A stretch of 64,000 bases of DNA from an uncultured bacterium. GTDB taxonomy: Bacteria > Cyanobacteriota > Vampirovibrionia > Gastranaerophilales > Gastranaerophilaceae. The stretch spans positions 3,183 to 67,182 of the forward strand of contig CAWIVJ010000013.1 of assembly GCA_963839525.1 (NCBI GenBank), given 5' to 3'. Made by a program: the position numbers and the translations under genes. The notes under the pieces were generated by a model, which saw only the letters and a program-made list of their open reading frames with translations, did no database searches and had not been told where the DNA came from. This document shows, piece by piece, positions 18,067 through 29,249 of this stretch; within the stretch, counting starts at the first letter, position 1; the number at the start of each line of letters is the position of its first letter.

Positions 18067-19113
18067 ATGATTAGCTCAAATGATTTTCAAATAACCTCTC
18101 AAATGCTTACTATTATAGCTGAAATTGACGAATTTAAAGGCGAATGGAAAGCTCTAGGGAATATTTCACCTGATATTTTAAATTCTTTGAAAAAAGTAGC
18201 AACAATTGAAAGTGTCGGCTCCTCAAATCGTATTGAAGGGAATAAATTATCCGACAAGCAAGTCGAAGAGCTGCTATCACGTATTGATAAAAAATCTTTT
18301 GCGTCACGTGATGAAGAAGAAGTTGCAGGTTATGCTGATTTAATGAACCTGATTTTTGAAGATTATTTGGTTGTCCCCCTGAGTGAGAATTATATAAAGC
18401 AATTGCACAGCATTTTGCTTAAATATTCCAAAAAAGATGCTAAACATAAAGGCGAGTATAAAAAGCTTGAAAATAGCGTTATGGCTTATGATGCAAAAGG
18501 TAAGGAAATTGGTGTTATATTTGAAACCGCAAGTCCTTTTGAAACTCCTCTAAAAATGCAAGAATTAGTGGAATGGGCAAGAAAAAATATTGATGATAAG
18601 TTTCATCATCCGATAATTGTTATAGGTGCTTTTATAGTAAATTTTCTTGCTATACATCCGTTTCAAGACGGTAACGGCAGATTATCGAGAGCTTTAACTT
18701 GTTTATTACTTCTAAAAGCCGGATATGCTTATACCCCTTACAGTTCGATAGAATCTATTATTGAGGATAATAAAGAAGGCTATTACAGGGCATTAAGACA
18801 AACTCAAATAACGCTTAATAAAAAGCCCGATTATGAACCTTGGTTAATGTTTTTCTTAAGGACATTACAAAAACAAAAAATAAGGCTTGAGCATAAAATA
18901 AGCAAAGAAACCATAAGCAAGCTTACTCTGCCTGAATTATCAACGCAAATTTTAGATTTATTTAACCAAAAAGAAAGAATAACTGTAGCGGATATAGTTA
19001 TTAAAACTGGCGCAAATATTAATACAGTCAAAAAACACGTAGCAAATCTTGTAAATAATAAATATCTTACAAAACACGGTACAACAAGAGGCGTTTGGTA
19101 TACAAAGAATTAA
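18067..19113 (+). CDS. Fic/DOC family protein (AMPylase-type) with N-terminal inhibitory motif and C-terminal wHTH-like domain
   Basis: Fic motif HPFQDGNGRLSR. SNRIEG matches the (S/T)xxxE(G/N) inhibitory helix. 348 aa, intact. Confidence 0.9.
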   Translation: MISSNDFQITSQMLTIIAEIDEFKGEWKALGNISPDILNSLKKVATIESVGSSNRIEGNKLSDKQVEELLSRIDKKSFASRDEEEVAGYADLMNLIFEDYLVVPLSENYIKQLHSILLKYSKKDAKHKGEYKKLENSVMAYDAKGKEIGVIFETASPFETPLKMQELVEWARKNIDDKFHHPIIVIGAFIVNFLAIHPFQDGNGRLSRALTCLLLLKAGYAYTPYSSIESIIEDNKEGYYRALRQTQITLNKKPDYEPWLMFFLRTLQKQKIRLEHKISKETISKLTLPELSTQILDLFNQKERITVADIVIKTGANINTVKKHVANLVNNKYLTKHGTTRGVWYTKN

Positions 19114-19252
19114 AATAAAAAACCCGACATAATAGCCGGGTCTTAAGTAATTCTTTGGGGGTTGTTAGTTAGTTTTCTACTCAATAACGGGCATTTATAC
19201 AATGCAGAATAAGCAAAATAAAACCCGACTAGGTCAGGCTGTTGAGGTTGTA

Positions 19253-19549
19253 TTATGCTTTTTTACTTTTATAAATACTATTACAGAGCCCTGCGACCTC
19301 AATAAAATGGTCGAAAAGATAAGTGAGCAAGTATTTGAGAAGAAAATTACTCAAGAATAAATATTGATAAATTAATAATAACGAAAGACTGCAATACATC
19401 TTTAAACTCAATCCAGAATTATTAAATGCTCCTCCGGATAAGAAAACAATATTTGCATGCATAATTTTTCTAATAAATTTTTCATTTTCTGTCATCTCTT
19501 TTTCTCCTTCTGTTGATTGGCTTTCCTTTCCTAAAGTTGCTGTTGCCAT
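19253..19549 (-). CDS. hypothetical ORF, probably a phage gene remnant
   Basis: AAGGAGG-coupled ATG directly after the preceding stop. Only the first 30 or so residues look protein-like; the rest is low complexity. Confidence 0.3.
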   Translation of the reverse strand: MATATLGKESQSTEGEKEMTENEKFIRKIMHANIVFLSGGAFNNSGLSLKMYCSLSLLLIYQYLFLSNFLLKYLLTYLFDHFIEVAGLCNSIYKSKKA

Positions 19550-19550
19550 T

Positions 19551-20899
<1,349 letters not shown>

Positions 20900-21184
20900 T
20901 TATTCAATCCCGAACACATCTTTTGCGATTTGTTGCGCTGTTTCGGACGTTATAGGCTTGTAAGAACTTTTGTTTTCTATTTTCTCAACTGGCTTTTCGC
21001 CTATAGTGTCACGTATTGCGTTAAATGCTTGCACATCACCTTTTAAAGCCTTTTCAAAGAGTGCTAAACATAACTTTTGCTGATTTGTTTGTCCTTTATC
21101 ACCTTTAAGTTCAAGCAGAGCTTTCAGGGCATCTTTGAGTTTCTTTTTTTCACGTCTTGCTTCGCCTGATTTCTGGCCGCCCAA
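20900..21184 (-). CDS. phage terminase small-subunit-like protein (N-terminus uncertain; TTG start or truncated)
   Basis: GGQKSGEARREKKK ... ALKGDVQAFNAIRDTIGEKP resembles small terminase proteins from memory. The same frame is open upstream (NLKPLNTRTKDEQREIAS) without an ATG. Confidence 0.4.
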   Translation of the reverse strand: MGGQKSGEARREKKKLKDALKALLELKGDKGQTNQQKLCLALFEKALKGDVQAFNAIRDTIGEKPVEKIENKSSYKPITSETAQQIAKDVFGIE

Positions 21185-21331
21185 AGATGCAATTTCTCTT
21201 TGTTCATCCTTTGTTCTTGTATTTAAGGGTTTTAGATTTTAGTTGTTCATGGTTTTTCACCTGCCTTTACTGGAATATAATTAATCACTATTGGTTCCAT
21301 TTTTATTGTATTCATTATTTTTTTAACTTCC

Positions 21332-21565
21332 TCAGTGCTTATATTTAATTCTGAAGCAAGTCTTACCATATTCTGAATTCATTATTTCTTGCAACTTCCT
21401 CTCTGTCAATTTTTTTTGAGCAGTTTTTTCTTCGTTGTTAATTGGATAACTAACAGGGGAGTTTGTAAATTGAAGAAAGGGGGCTTGATACGATTTCCAA
21501 AAATCGTTCACCTTGTTTACTATTACTTGCTTTTCTAACCTTTCAAGTTTTGATTTAATATTCAT
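21332..21565 (-). CDS. hypothetical phage protein (77 aa)
   Basis: ATG preceded by AAAGGAGAGG directly after the upstream stop (operon packing). Confidence 0.4.
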   Translation of the reverse strand: MNIKSKLERLEKQVIVNKVNDFWKSYQAPFLQFTNSPVSYPINNEEKTAQKKLTERKLQEIMNSEYGKTCFRIKYKH

Positions 21566-21577
21566 AATACCTCTCCT

Positions 21578-22254
21578 TTAAAATAATAAAATATCTAAAT
21601 CATCGAACCAGCACTGCCCACCGTAATCTCCAAACCCTTGACAGCCTAAGTACACAATTAAACTTGTACTTAATGCCGTTGTATCAGTCATTGTATATGT
21701 GTGGGCAGGAGATGCAGGTTTTACTCCTGTTGTATTTACAGTAACTCCTACTTGCAAACCTCTTTTTTGAACAAAAACATAGTATTTAGAAGTACGTGAA
21801 AAATTATATGGATAACCTAATAGTGAATTATTATTTAAAATAGATAATGTTCCACCAGTGTTTACATCAGTGTGTATTCTAAATTCCAGTCCATATAAGG
21901 CACTAAAAAGCCCCGGGCTTCCTGTGCTTCCTCCAATAGATAATGCTACTCTTTCTGTGTTATATGGGAGAGCATCAGATGAAAGTTGGAAGCTAAATTT
22001 AAGGTCAAAACTACGGTTTATGTTGTAACTTTCTTTGAACTTTTAATTTAATAAGATTTATTGTATCCTGTTCCATAAGTATTACAATAAACCCTGCTTA
22101 CTGTTATCAGAGCCTTTCTATAAGAAAACCAATCCCAGTTATTATAAATATCGTACCAAACATTATTTGCGGGCGGAGTGTAGCTTGTACTAAAGTTTTC
22201 CGTAAAAGGCGTATAACCTCCGCAAAGTGATAATAATCTTTTATTATCGCTCAT
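21578..22254 (-). pseudogene. frameshifted phage structural-like gene (beta-rich, possibly LamG/jelly-roll-like)
   Basis: ORF 22048..22254 ends at TAA. A 157-codon start-less ORF (KFKESYNINRSFDLKFSFQL...GGQCWFDDLDILLF*) continues in another frame down to 21578. Confidence 0.45.
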
Positions 22255-22326
22255 TATGCTATTCCCTCTTCTTGTTGTAGTAATCCTAAATTAAAAATTG
22301 CTTTTTTGATATAATACTGAACGCAC

Positions 22327-23055
22327 TCAAACTCCCCCTTTAGGCTGTTTTTTTGATATGTCGTCTTGTTCACACTGATTGCAACCCATTAAACAAAGTT
22401 CGGATGCCTGATGTAAACTATGCGCTAAATTCTCTAAATATAACTCTTTGTAATCCTCATCGGTTTTAATTTCTTTTAGTTCTATACTCTGCTTTTTCAG
22501 CTTTTTTCTGGTCTGTTCGTCCGCAACTACAATAGTGGCCGTTCTACCGTCAATTTCTTGCTTATAGGTAAATAATTGTAACTCATTGTCTTTGTTCATT
22601 TTGTTTTCCTTTCTTTCTAAAATAGTTCCTATTGTGGAAATTGAAACTCTGACATAAGGTGTTTCAGAGTAAAATTTGTTTATTATTAATGTTGAAATTT
22701 GTTTGTCATCCGGGTATGCAATTCCGTTCAGTGCATCCAAAATGTTTTTTGAAATATTATCACAGTCGGGCTTTATAGTAGGTCTTATGGCCCCTGAGAG
22801 AGCGTTATTTCTTTTAACCTTTGAAAATGACTTAGGTATCTCAAAATAAACGTCTATTTGAGCCGTAATAGCTTTGTCGATAAATTGAGTAGGAATATAG
22901 TCGGGGTATTCGCTGCAAAAAGATTGTTTTACCCAGTTTGCATAATTAACCATTTCAGGCGGAGTGTATTTTTTCATAAATCCACCCACATTAGCGAATT
23001 TTACGCTCTGCTTTGCCTGCACCTTACCCGGTATAATAAAATTTAATTCTTCCAA
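22327..23055 (-). CDS. rusA: RusA-family Holliday junction resolvase with a C-terminal extension of about 100 aa (TTG start)
   Basis: IKPDCDNISKNILDALNGIAYPDDKQI core motif. AAAGGAGA 8 nt upstream of the TTG. Confidence 0.75.
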   Translation of the reverse strand: MEELNFIIPGKVQAKQSVKFANVGGFMKKYTPPEMVNYANWVKQSFCSEYPDYIPTQFIDKAITAQIDVYFEIPKSFSKVKRNNALSGAIRPTIKPDCDNISKNILDALNGIAYPDDKQISTLIINKFYSETPYVRVSISTIGTILERKENKMNKDNELQLFTYKQEIDGRTATIVVADEQTRKKLKKQSIELKEIKTDEDYKELYLENLAHSLHQASELCLMGCNQCEQDDISKKQPKGGV

Positions 23056-23068
23056 CTTTCAATCTCCT

Positions 23069-23885
23069 TTATTTTCTTTTTAATCTATAATCATCACCTG
23101 TACATTTAATCAATGTGAAATTACCACATAGGCGACTTATAAGGGCTTTGCCCCCACTGTCAAATTGAGTTTCAAGATAATCAATAGTATTTTCGGTGGT
23201 TATTACAGTCGGTTTTTATTGTTATGCTTTGAATCCAAAATTAAATATAATTGTTCAAGCACCCATGAAGTTTTATTTTCTTTGCCTAAATCGTTAAGGA
23301 CAAGCAATCCTGTATTTATATAAGGTGTTGTATCAAAGTCTTTACGCATCTGATTCATCATTGTTGTACTGCTTATAAAGACAGTTGGGATTTGTTCTTT
23401 TATAGCTTCCTTTGCAATTGCAATCGCTAAATGAGTTTTCCCAGTTCCGACATTACCATAACCGGCGATTATAAGATTTTTACCATTTTTAACTTTGTCT
23501 ATGTCTTTAATATAGGTTATTGCTTGATTTTTTGCCTTGCTTAATAATCCCGTAAGCGGTTTAAAGTTTTCAAAAGAATTCTCATGCCGGTTAAACGGAA
23601 TATAAGAGTTATTTAATAAACGTTCTGCATAACAAACGGCTTTTTCGTTTTCTCGGTTAGAAATAAACCTTGAACTTACGTTTTTTCTATCGCTCTTAAA
23701 ATACTTTTTCTTTCCGAATCAGATTGTGCAGTTAAATATTTATTTGTAAAATACTCCTCTAATTCATCCGCTTTATCGGAATATGAATTAACCAATCTTA
23801 CTAAGTTCGGGGCTTGCTCTGAAAGAGATTTAACATCTTTCCAAATAAGCTTATTTAGTGATATATAATGTTCTTTAGTCTGCAT
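23069..23885 (-). pseudogene. DnaC/IstB-like helicase-loader ATPase, two frameshifts at A-runs
   Basis: Middle frame carries Walker A GYGNVGTGKTHLA and Walker B LLVLNDLG. The frame changes at GAAAAAACG (about 23680) and AATAAAAACC (about 23215). Confidence 0.7.
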
Positions 23886-23887
23886 AA

Positions 23888-24619
23888 TTACTCCTTACTA
23901 TATTGTTCATAATCGCTCTTAAAACTTGCACCCGTTAGGCATGAAAGGTTTTTGTTTGTACTATTAGAAAACTGTTTAGCATTAACCTCCCATTTTCTTA
24001 TAGCAGCTTGCTAGTCTTTCATTTTACTTTTACCAACCATCCAACCATTGCAATCATAATGATTAATGAATGCTTCGGGGCTTATATTATTTTTTCTTTC
24101 AATGCAATATTGTTTTACTTCTTCTAAAGAAGGTTTTTGAAAAGATTTTTTTTGTGTCTTATTATCATTTACATTATCATTTACATTATCATTTACATTT
24201 ACATTATCATTTACATTTACATTGGGGGTTGTTTTGGGGTTATTTTGGGGTTGTTTTTTTGTAGCATTATTATTCCCAACAGGTGCACCACCCAAGTTGC
24301 CATAATTAGCACCTTTACAACCATTTATATACTTTTTATTGTTAGCCTCAATTTGAGGGCGGATTAGAGCGAACAGATTTTTTTGTATTCCTTCTAGCTC
24401 CAATTCTTCAAAATCTAAAGATTTTCTTATAATTGCATCAAAAACGGCAAGTCTATCTTTATCCAATAAGCCCTCTAAAGCTTCTGCATAGCTCCGATAA
24501 AAAACAAAACTATCCCGTTTGTTTTCTAAAACATTGAATTTTTGCCGTTTTAATGGTACAATATCAGTATGGATATTTACTGCCTCTGAATCAGGGGCTT
24601 TTTTATTGCTTATTGTCAT
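23888..24619 (-). pseudogene. phage replication-associated protein with an internal in-frame TAG (24011-24013)
   Basis: After KMKD-TAG the same frame continues QAAIRKWEVNAKQF...YSKE and ends at TAA 23888-23890, with its final codons forming the SD (AAGGAG) of the next gene. Also contains an NVNVNDN repeat. Confidence 0.55.
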
Positions 24620-24628
24620 TTGCGCCCC

Positions 24629-24883
24629 CTATACTTCTACTGGTTGGATATTAAAATTATTTGATGATACGATTGTAGCCTCATCTGTTCCAGTACAGGA
24701 ATTAAGATATTCTACCAGCATTGGCAAATTCACAAGGTACTTTCTTCCTGCTCTTACGTGCTTAATGCGTTTTTCAAGGCATAATTGACGTATACGAAAT
24801 TTGGCTAATCCGACAATTGTCGCAGCCTCATTAATTGTTACCATTCCTGCAATGTTTAAGTTTTCGTTAATTTGTTGTAGCAT
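24629..24883 (-). CDS. excisionase-like / MerR-superfamily HTH DNA-binding protein
   Basis: MVTINEAATIVGLAKFRIRQLCLEKRIKHVRAGRKYLVN pattern typical of HTH_17/Xis proteins. Confidence 0.55.
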   Translation of the reverse strand: MLQQINENLNIAGMVTINEAATIVGLAKFRIRQLCLEKRIKHVRAGRKYLVNLPMLVEYLNSCTGTDEATIVSSNNFNIQPVEV

Positions 24884-24963
24884 TTTTAGTCCTCCTTTAT
24901 TAAACTATGTTTAAATTATTGAGATTGTCTAAAGGAAATCTATCGGGGAATGGCTAAGGGTTT

Positions 24964-25200
24964 CTAAGGGTTTTCCCTGATTTTTTCAAGGCTATAAATA
25001 AAATCTAAAATTGCTTTTTTACCTTTTTTATCAGTAGCAAAATATTCTTTTATTTTCTTTAAAATCTTTGATATATGTGTCTCTAAGGTTTTTTTAGACA
25101 TATATAAGTTTTCGGCAACTTCTTCATTAGATAAAATACGGTTATTAAGTATTATTTGTATTACTTCTTCTTCTTTTTCTGTGAATTGGAATTTTTGCAC
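24964..25200 (-). CDS. LuxR/GerE-type HTH protein (sigma-70 region 4-like)
   Basis: FTEKEEEVIQIILNNRILSNEEVAENLYMSKKTLETHISKILKKI. Confidence 0.5.
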   Translation of the reverse strand: MQKFQFTEKEEEVIQIILNNRILSNEEVAENLYMSKKTLETHISKILKKIKEYFATDKKGKKAILDFIYSLEKIRENP

Positions 25201-25466
25201 AATCGGTGCTTGGAAATTTATTGGATATTGAGTATTAATATCTTGCTGCTGGATTTCAGGTTTGTTCAGGTTTTCGGTTAGCTTTCTCCTCTATACTTGA
25301 TTTTAATTGTTCAAGAGTTTCCTCTGTTATTCTATAAATATCACAATCAATCTCATAAATATCAAAATGTTCAAAATCATAAAAATATTCAAAATGAAAA
25401 TTCTTAGGTTCCCATTGTAGAAAATTACCTAATTTAATCCAACATTTTTCATATTCATCATATTCT

Positions 25467-26111
25467 TTAAAGATATCTCCAAAGGTAGTTCTTTTTTGAC
25501 AAGGGATTCTGTTTCTTTTCTTCTGATTCTTTTATCTTGTTAAATTCTTCAATTTTTTTAGGGTTTGTATCACTAATTAATTTTTTAATTCCATTTTTTT
25601 CATCATTAATAAGTTTATTTGATTGCTCTATTATACTATATTTTTCAAGTTTTTCATATTTAGATTTATATTTTTCATATTCGGAAAACTTTTTTATAAA
25701 GTAATAACAAGTTTCTTCTTCTTCGTATGGTTTATATAATTCTCTATGTTTTAATTTTTTATACTTATCAACATTAATTTTAGATGATTCATCTAATAAA
25801 TTTTCGTCTATTAAATAGATTAAATTATCCTTTATTTTGTCCATTTTAACAAGCAAACAGCTAAATTCCGTATCCGACTTTATTAAATTCTGAAAATAAT
25901 TTACTTTTTCTTGATATAATTGCTTTAACTGTGGTGTTTTATCAATAAGTCTATTCTTAATATCCCCATGTATAAAATTTTTTAAAAAAATATCTTTTTT
26001 TTGTTGGAACTTGTCTAGGTTTTTATATCTTTCAAAACTTTTTAAATAAGCTTCAATTTTAGTTATAATTTATTTATTTGTAAATTCTTCTTGCTTTGTT
26101 AAATTTGTCAT
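25467..26111 (-). pseudogene. hypothetical phage gene with an in-frame TAA at codon 14
   Basis: ATG 26111 and track ORF 25467..25856 are in the same frame (645 nt), interrupted only by TAA at 26070-26072. A further start-less ORF follows at 25230-25470. Confidence 0.35.
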
Positions 26112-26267
26112 AATCGTTTAAATACCTCCTGTAGAATTAGTCCTAATAAAGCCCTAACAATATTTTTAACTGTTGCATTTTATTTCCTTTTTTGTTATAC
26201 TATTATAAGTACATGTTAAACTCATTATAAACCAAAGGGCATTAAAAAGCAATAAGGAATATTTAAA

Positions 26268-26480
26268 ATGATTAAAAATAACTTAAAAATGATATTAGCT
26301 GATAGAGAAATTACGATAAATAAACTAGCCACAATGACAGGTGTTAGATATGCAACGCTCCACGCGTTTGTTAAACAAAGGGTATCAATTATTAACTGCG
26401 CTGTTTTGGATAAAGTTTGTGAAGTATTAGACCTTAAGCCAGGCGATTTTATTGCATATATCCCTGATAAAAAGGAATAG
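26268..26480 (+). CDS. Cro/XRE-type HTH regulator
   Basis: ITINKLATMTGVRYATLHAFV...LDKVCEVLDLKPGDF, located directly upstream of the integrase. Confidence 0.7.
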   Translation: MIKNNLKMILADREITINKLATMTGVRYATLHAFVKQRVSIINCAVLDKVCEVLDLKPGDFIAYIPDKKE

Positions 26481-26489
26481 GGGGAAGCA

Positions 26490-27764
26490 ATGGCAAACAT
26501 ACAATCAAGAAAAAACAAAGAAGGCAAAATTATTTCTTATTCTATACGTGTTCACAAGGGCAGAGATGCTTTCGGTAAGCAATTAAAGCCTTATGTAATG
26601 ACTTGGGTTGTACCCGAAGGCTGGACTAAAAGCCGCATAGAAAAGGAAGTACAGGCACAAGCTGTTATATTTGAGCAAAAATGTAAAGAGGGGATTATTG
26701 CCGATAACAAGCAAACCTTTGAACGATATGCCGACTATGTTATCAAGCTAAAAGAACGCACAGGCGTAAAGCACAGAACTATCTCTTATATAAAGATTTG
26801 CTTAAGCGTATTAATCCTGCAATCGGTCATATAAAACTTGCGGACCTGCGTCCGCAACATCTTAATGCTTTTTATGAACAACTTGCAGGGGATAAAATGA
26901 ATAAAAAAACAGGTAAAAAGCTGAGTAACAAGACAATTATAGAACATCACAGGCTCATAAGAACTATTTTAGCGGAAGCTGAAAAGGAACTACTTATTAT
27001 GTACAATTCCGCTTCAAAAGCCTCACCGCCAAAGCTAGAGCGTAAAGAAGCCAATCATTTTGAGATAGAAGATATAGAAAACATACTTTTTATGCAAGCA
27101 AAGAGCCTTTAAAATGGCAAGTAGCTTTAAATCTTCTTATATTCACAGGTTGCAGACGTGGTGAAATTATGGGTTTAAAATGGAACAAAGTAGATTTTAA
27201 AAACAATCAATTGCTGTAGCAACAATTTATTTATTCTAAAGAAAAGGATATTATGAAGATACTCCAAAAACAGAGCAATCAAAAAGGATTATAAAATTAC
27301 CGGCAGGCGTAATGGAACTTTTAAAAACCTATAAAAAACAATACAATGAAAATCGCCTTGCATTGGGTAGTAAGTGGCAAAATAAAAACTTTGTATTTAC
27401 ACAAGAAAATGGAAGCCCCAATTTTCCTGATACTTTGACTGATTATTGCAAGGAGTTCAGCATAAAATATAACAAATTGATTAATAAAACAAATGAAGAA
27501 AACAAAAATAAACAGGGATTTGAAAAACTTAAACTATTACCTCATATAAACCCCCATGCTTTCAGGCATACACAGGCAAGTTTGTTATTCTTTAGCGGTG
27601 CAGACTGTACAACCATAAGCAAACGTTTAGGGCACTCCAAAGTATCGACTACAACGGATATTTATAGCCATCTTATGCAAAAGGCTGATGAAACTGCATC
27701 AGACACGCTCGCTAACTTGCTTTTAAATAAAGCAAATAATGAAAAAGAAGCTGCTGAAAATTAG
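26490..27764 (+). pseudogene. int: tyrosine recombinase (phage integrase), disrupted about four times
   Basis: The N-terminal arm-binding-like domain, TGCRRGE (catalytic Arg), HAFRHT and RLGHSKVSTTTDIYSH (catalytic Tyr) lie in three different frames. Frameshifts near 26780, 27100 and 27250, plus an in-frame TAG at 27227-27229. Confidence 0.85.
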
Positions 27765-27874
27765 GCTATTTTTAATCAAAATTTAAGGGCTTGTTGAATT
27801 AAAGTTGAATTATTAGACATTTTCCGAAAAAAAGAGCTTTTAGGATATATCTAAAGCTCTTTATTTTAAGTATT

Positions 27875-27933
27875 TACGCCCGGAGGGATTCGAACCCCCG
27901 ACGGGAGCACGCTGCCAGCTGAGCTACGGGCGC
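27875..27933 (-). pseudogene. truncated tRNA-Arg-like gene (59 nt): acceptor stem, D-arm start and T-arm present, anticodon arm missing, no CCA
   Basis: The reverse complement reads GCGCCCG TA GCTC AGCTGGCA GCGTGCTCCC GTCGGGGGTTCGAATCCCTCCGGGCGT A. About 17-20 nt are missing relative to a normal tRNA. Confidence 0.6.
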
Positions 27934-28255
27934 TTATATATTCAATTTTCATCCGCTTTCTCAGCTGTATAGAGCGTTAATCTAACTTTCTTTGAACTTT
28001 TACTTGCGTAAAAGATTCAATGTGCCAGCTGAGCTACGGGCGCTTATATATTCAATTTTCATCCGCTTTCTCAGCTGTATAGAGCGTTAATCTAACTTTC
28101 TTTGAACTTTTACTTGCGTAAAAGATTCAATGTGCCAGCTGAGCTACGGGCGCTTATATATTCAATTTTCATCCGTTTTCTCAGCTGTATAGAGCGTTAA
28201 TCTAACTTTCTTTGAACTTTTACTTGCGTAAAAGATTCAATGGGCCAGCTGAGCT
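27914..28255. repeat. 110-bp tandem repeat, 3 full copies plus a 12-nt partial; each copy starts with tRNA nt 1-20 and includes 90 bp of tRNA upstream flank
   Basis: Units start at 27914, 28024, 28134 and 28244. Copies 1 and 2 are identical; copy 3 has 2 substitutions. Confidence 0.95.
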
Positions 28256-28337
28256 GTGAATACATTTTCAGTTTATCAAATAAACTTTTTAAATCAAGCT
28301 AATCAAACAAAACAAGTAAAAATCTTATGAATATTAA

Positions 28338-28682
28338 TTATGCTAAATCTTCCGGAAAATATTTATCTATTTCAATAATTTTGCCGTTTAAAGTGTTGTT
28401 TTCAAAGGCTCTGACAAATCTGAACAATTTATCATTAGGGACATCATAATTGTACAAAACAATTTCATTATTAATATGCCGCATAACTCTCACAATGTAA
28501 TGGCATTTCTGTGCATATTTTTCTAAATTCTCCTTTTTAAAAGGTTTTCCGTTACCATCTTTGTCTATTTTTACATAATTAAATCCTGCAAAAAATTTAA
28601 TGTTTTCTTCTTGAGTTAAAGGTTGATCTTTTTTATGTTTAGAAAAAATATTTATAACTTTTTTATTAATTTCATCTGTCAT
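28338..28682 (-). CDS. hypothetical protein (114 aa)
   Basis: ORF only; no family recognised. Confidence 0.45.
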   Translation of the reverse strand: MTDEINKKVINIFSKHKKDQPLTQEENIKFFAGFNYVKIDKDGNGKPFKKENLEKYAQKCHYIVRVMRHINNEIVLYNYDVPNDKLFRFVRAFENNTLNGKIIEIDKYFPEDLA

Positions 28683-28833
28683 ATCTTTATTTAATAATAT
28701 TTTATTAAAAAAGTCTAAATGTAAAAATTACTTAAAATGAAGTAATGAATCTTAATAAATGGCAATAAAAGATGAATTGATATATAATTTTAAATATACT
28801 GATTGATATATTATAAAATAAGGAACAAAATTT

Positions 28834-29091
28834 ATGCTGCCTATTATTACAGAAGAACATTCATCATTGGCTTTTGCGGAAATTTTTCAGGATGTTCATT
28901 CTTGGCGAAAAAAAATGATACATTATATTAAAGAAGAAAATCCTGAAATTAATACTGCAATAATTGAAGCGGCTAATAATACTGATTTAGATCCTAAAGC
29001 AGTTGCTCTTGGAGCTTACATGACATATATTCTCCTCGAAATGGCAATAAAAGATGATGAAATGATATTAGGTGCTTTGGAAGAAGCTTAA
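28834..29091 (+). CDS. hypothetical protein (85 aa)
   Basis: ORF with AAGGAA upstream; no family recognised. Confidence 0.4.
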   Translation: MLPIITEEHSSLAFAEIFQDVHSWRKKMIHYIKEENPEINTAIIEAANNTDLDPKAVALGAYMTYILLEMAIKDDEMILGALEEA

Positions 29092-29249
29092 AATGAGAAA
29101 AATTAAATGCAAGAAAATAAAAAACAAAAAAATAAAAAAATAAAGGTTGAAATAAAAAATATGGGTGTAAACATTGATAAAAATGAATACAAAGAAATTG
29201 TTTTATCCCAATCTAATTGCCCTGATAAAAATTTTTATAAAAATTTTAA

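Noticed and set aside
27914-28255. Possible CRISPR array, suggested by the regular repeats next to the island
   Set aside because: The 110-bp units are contiguous with no unique spacers, are far longer than CRISPR repeats, and each contains a tRNA 5' fragment. This is a tandem duplication, not a CRISPR array.
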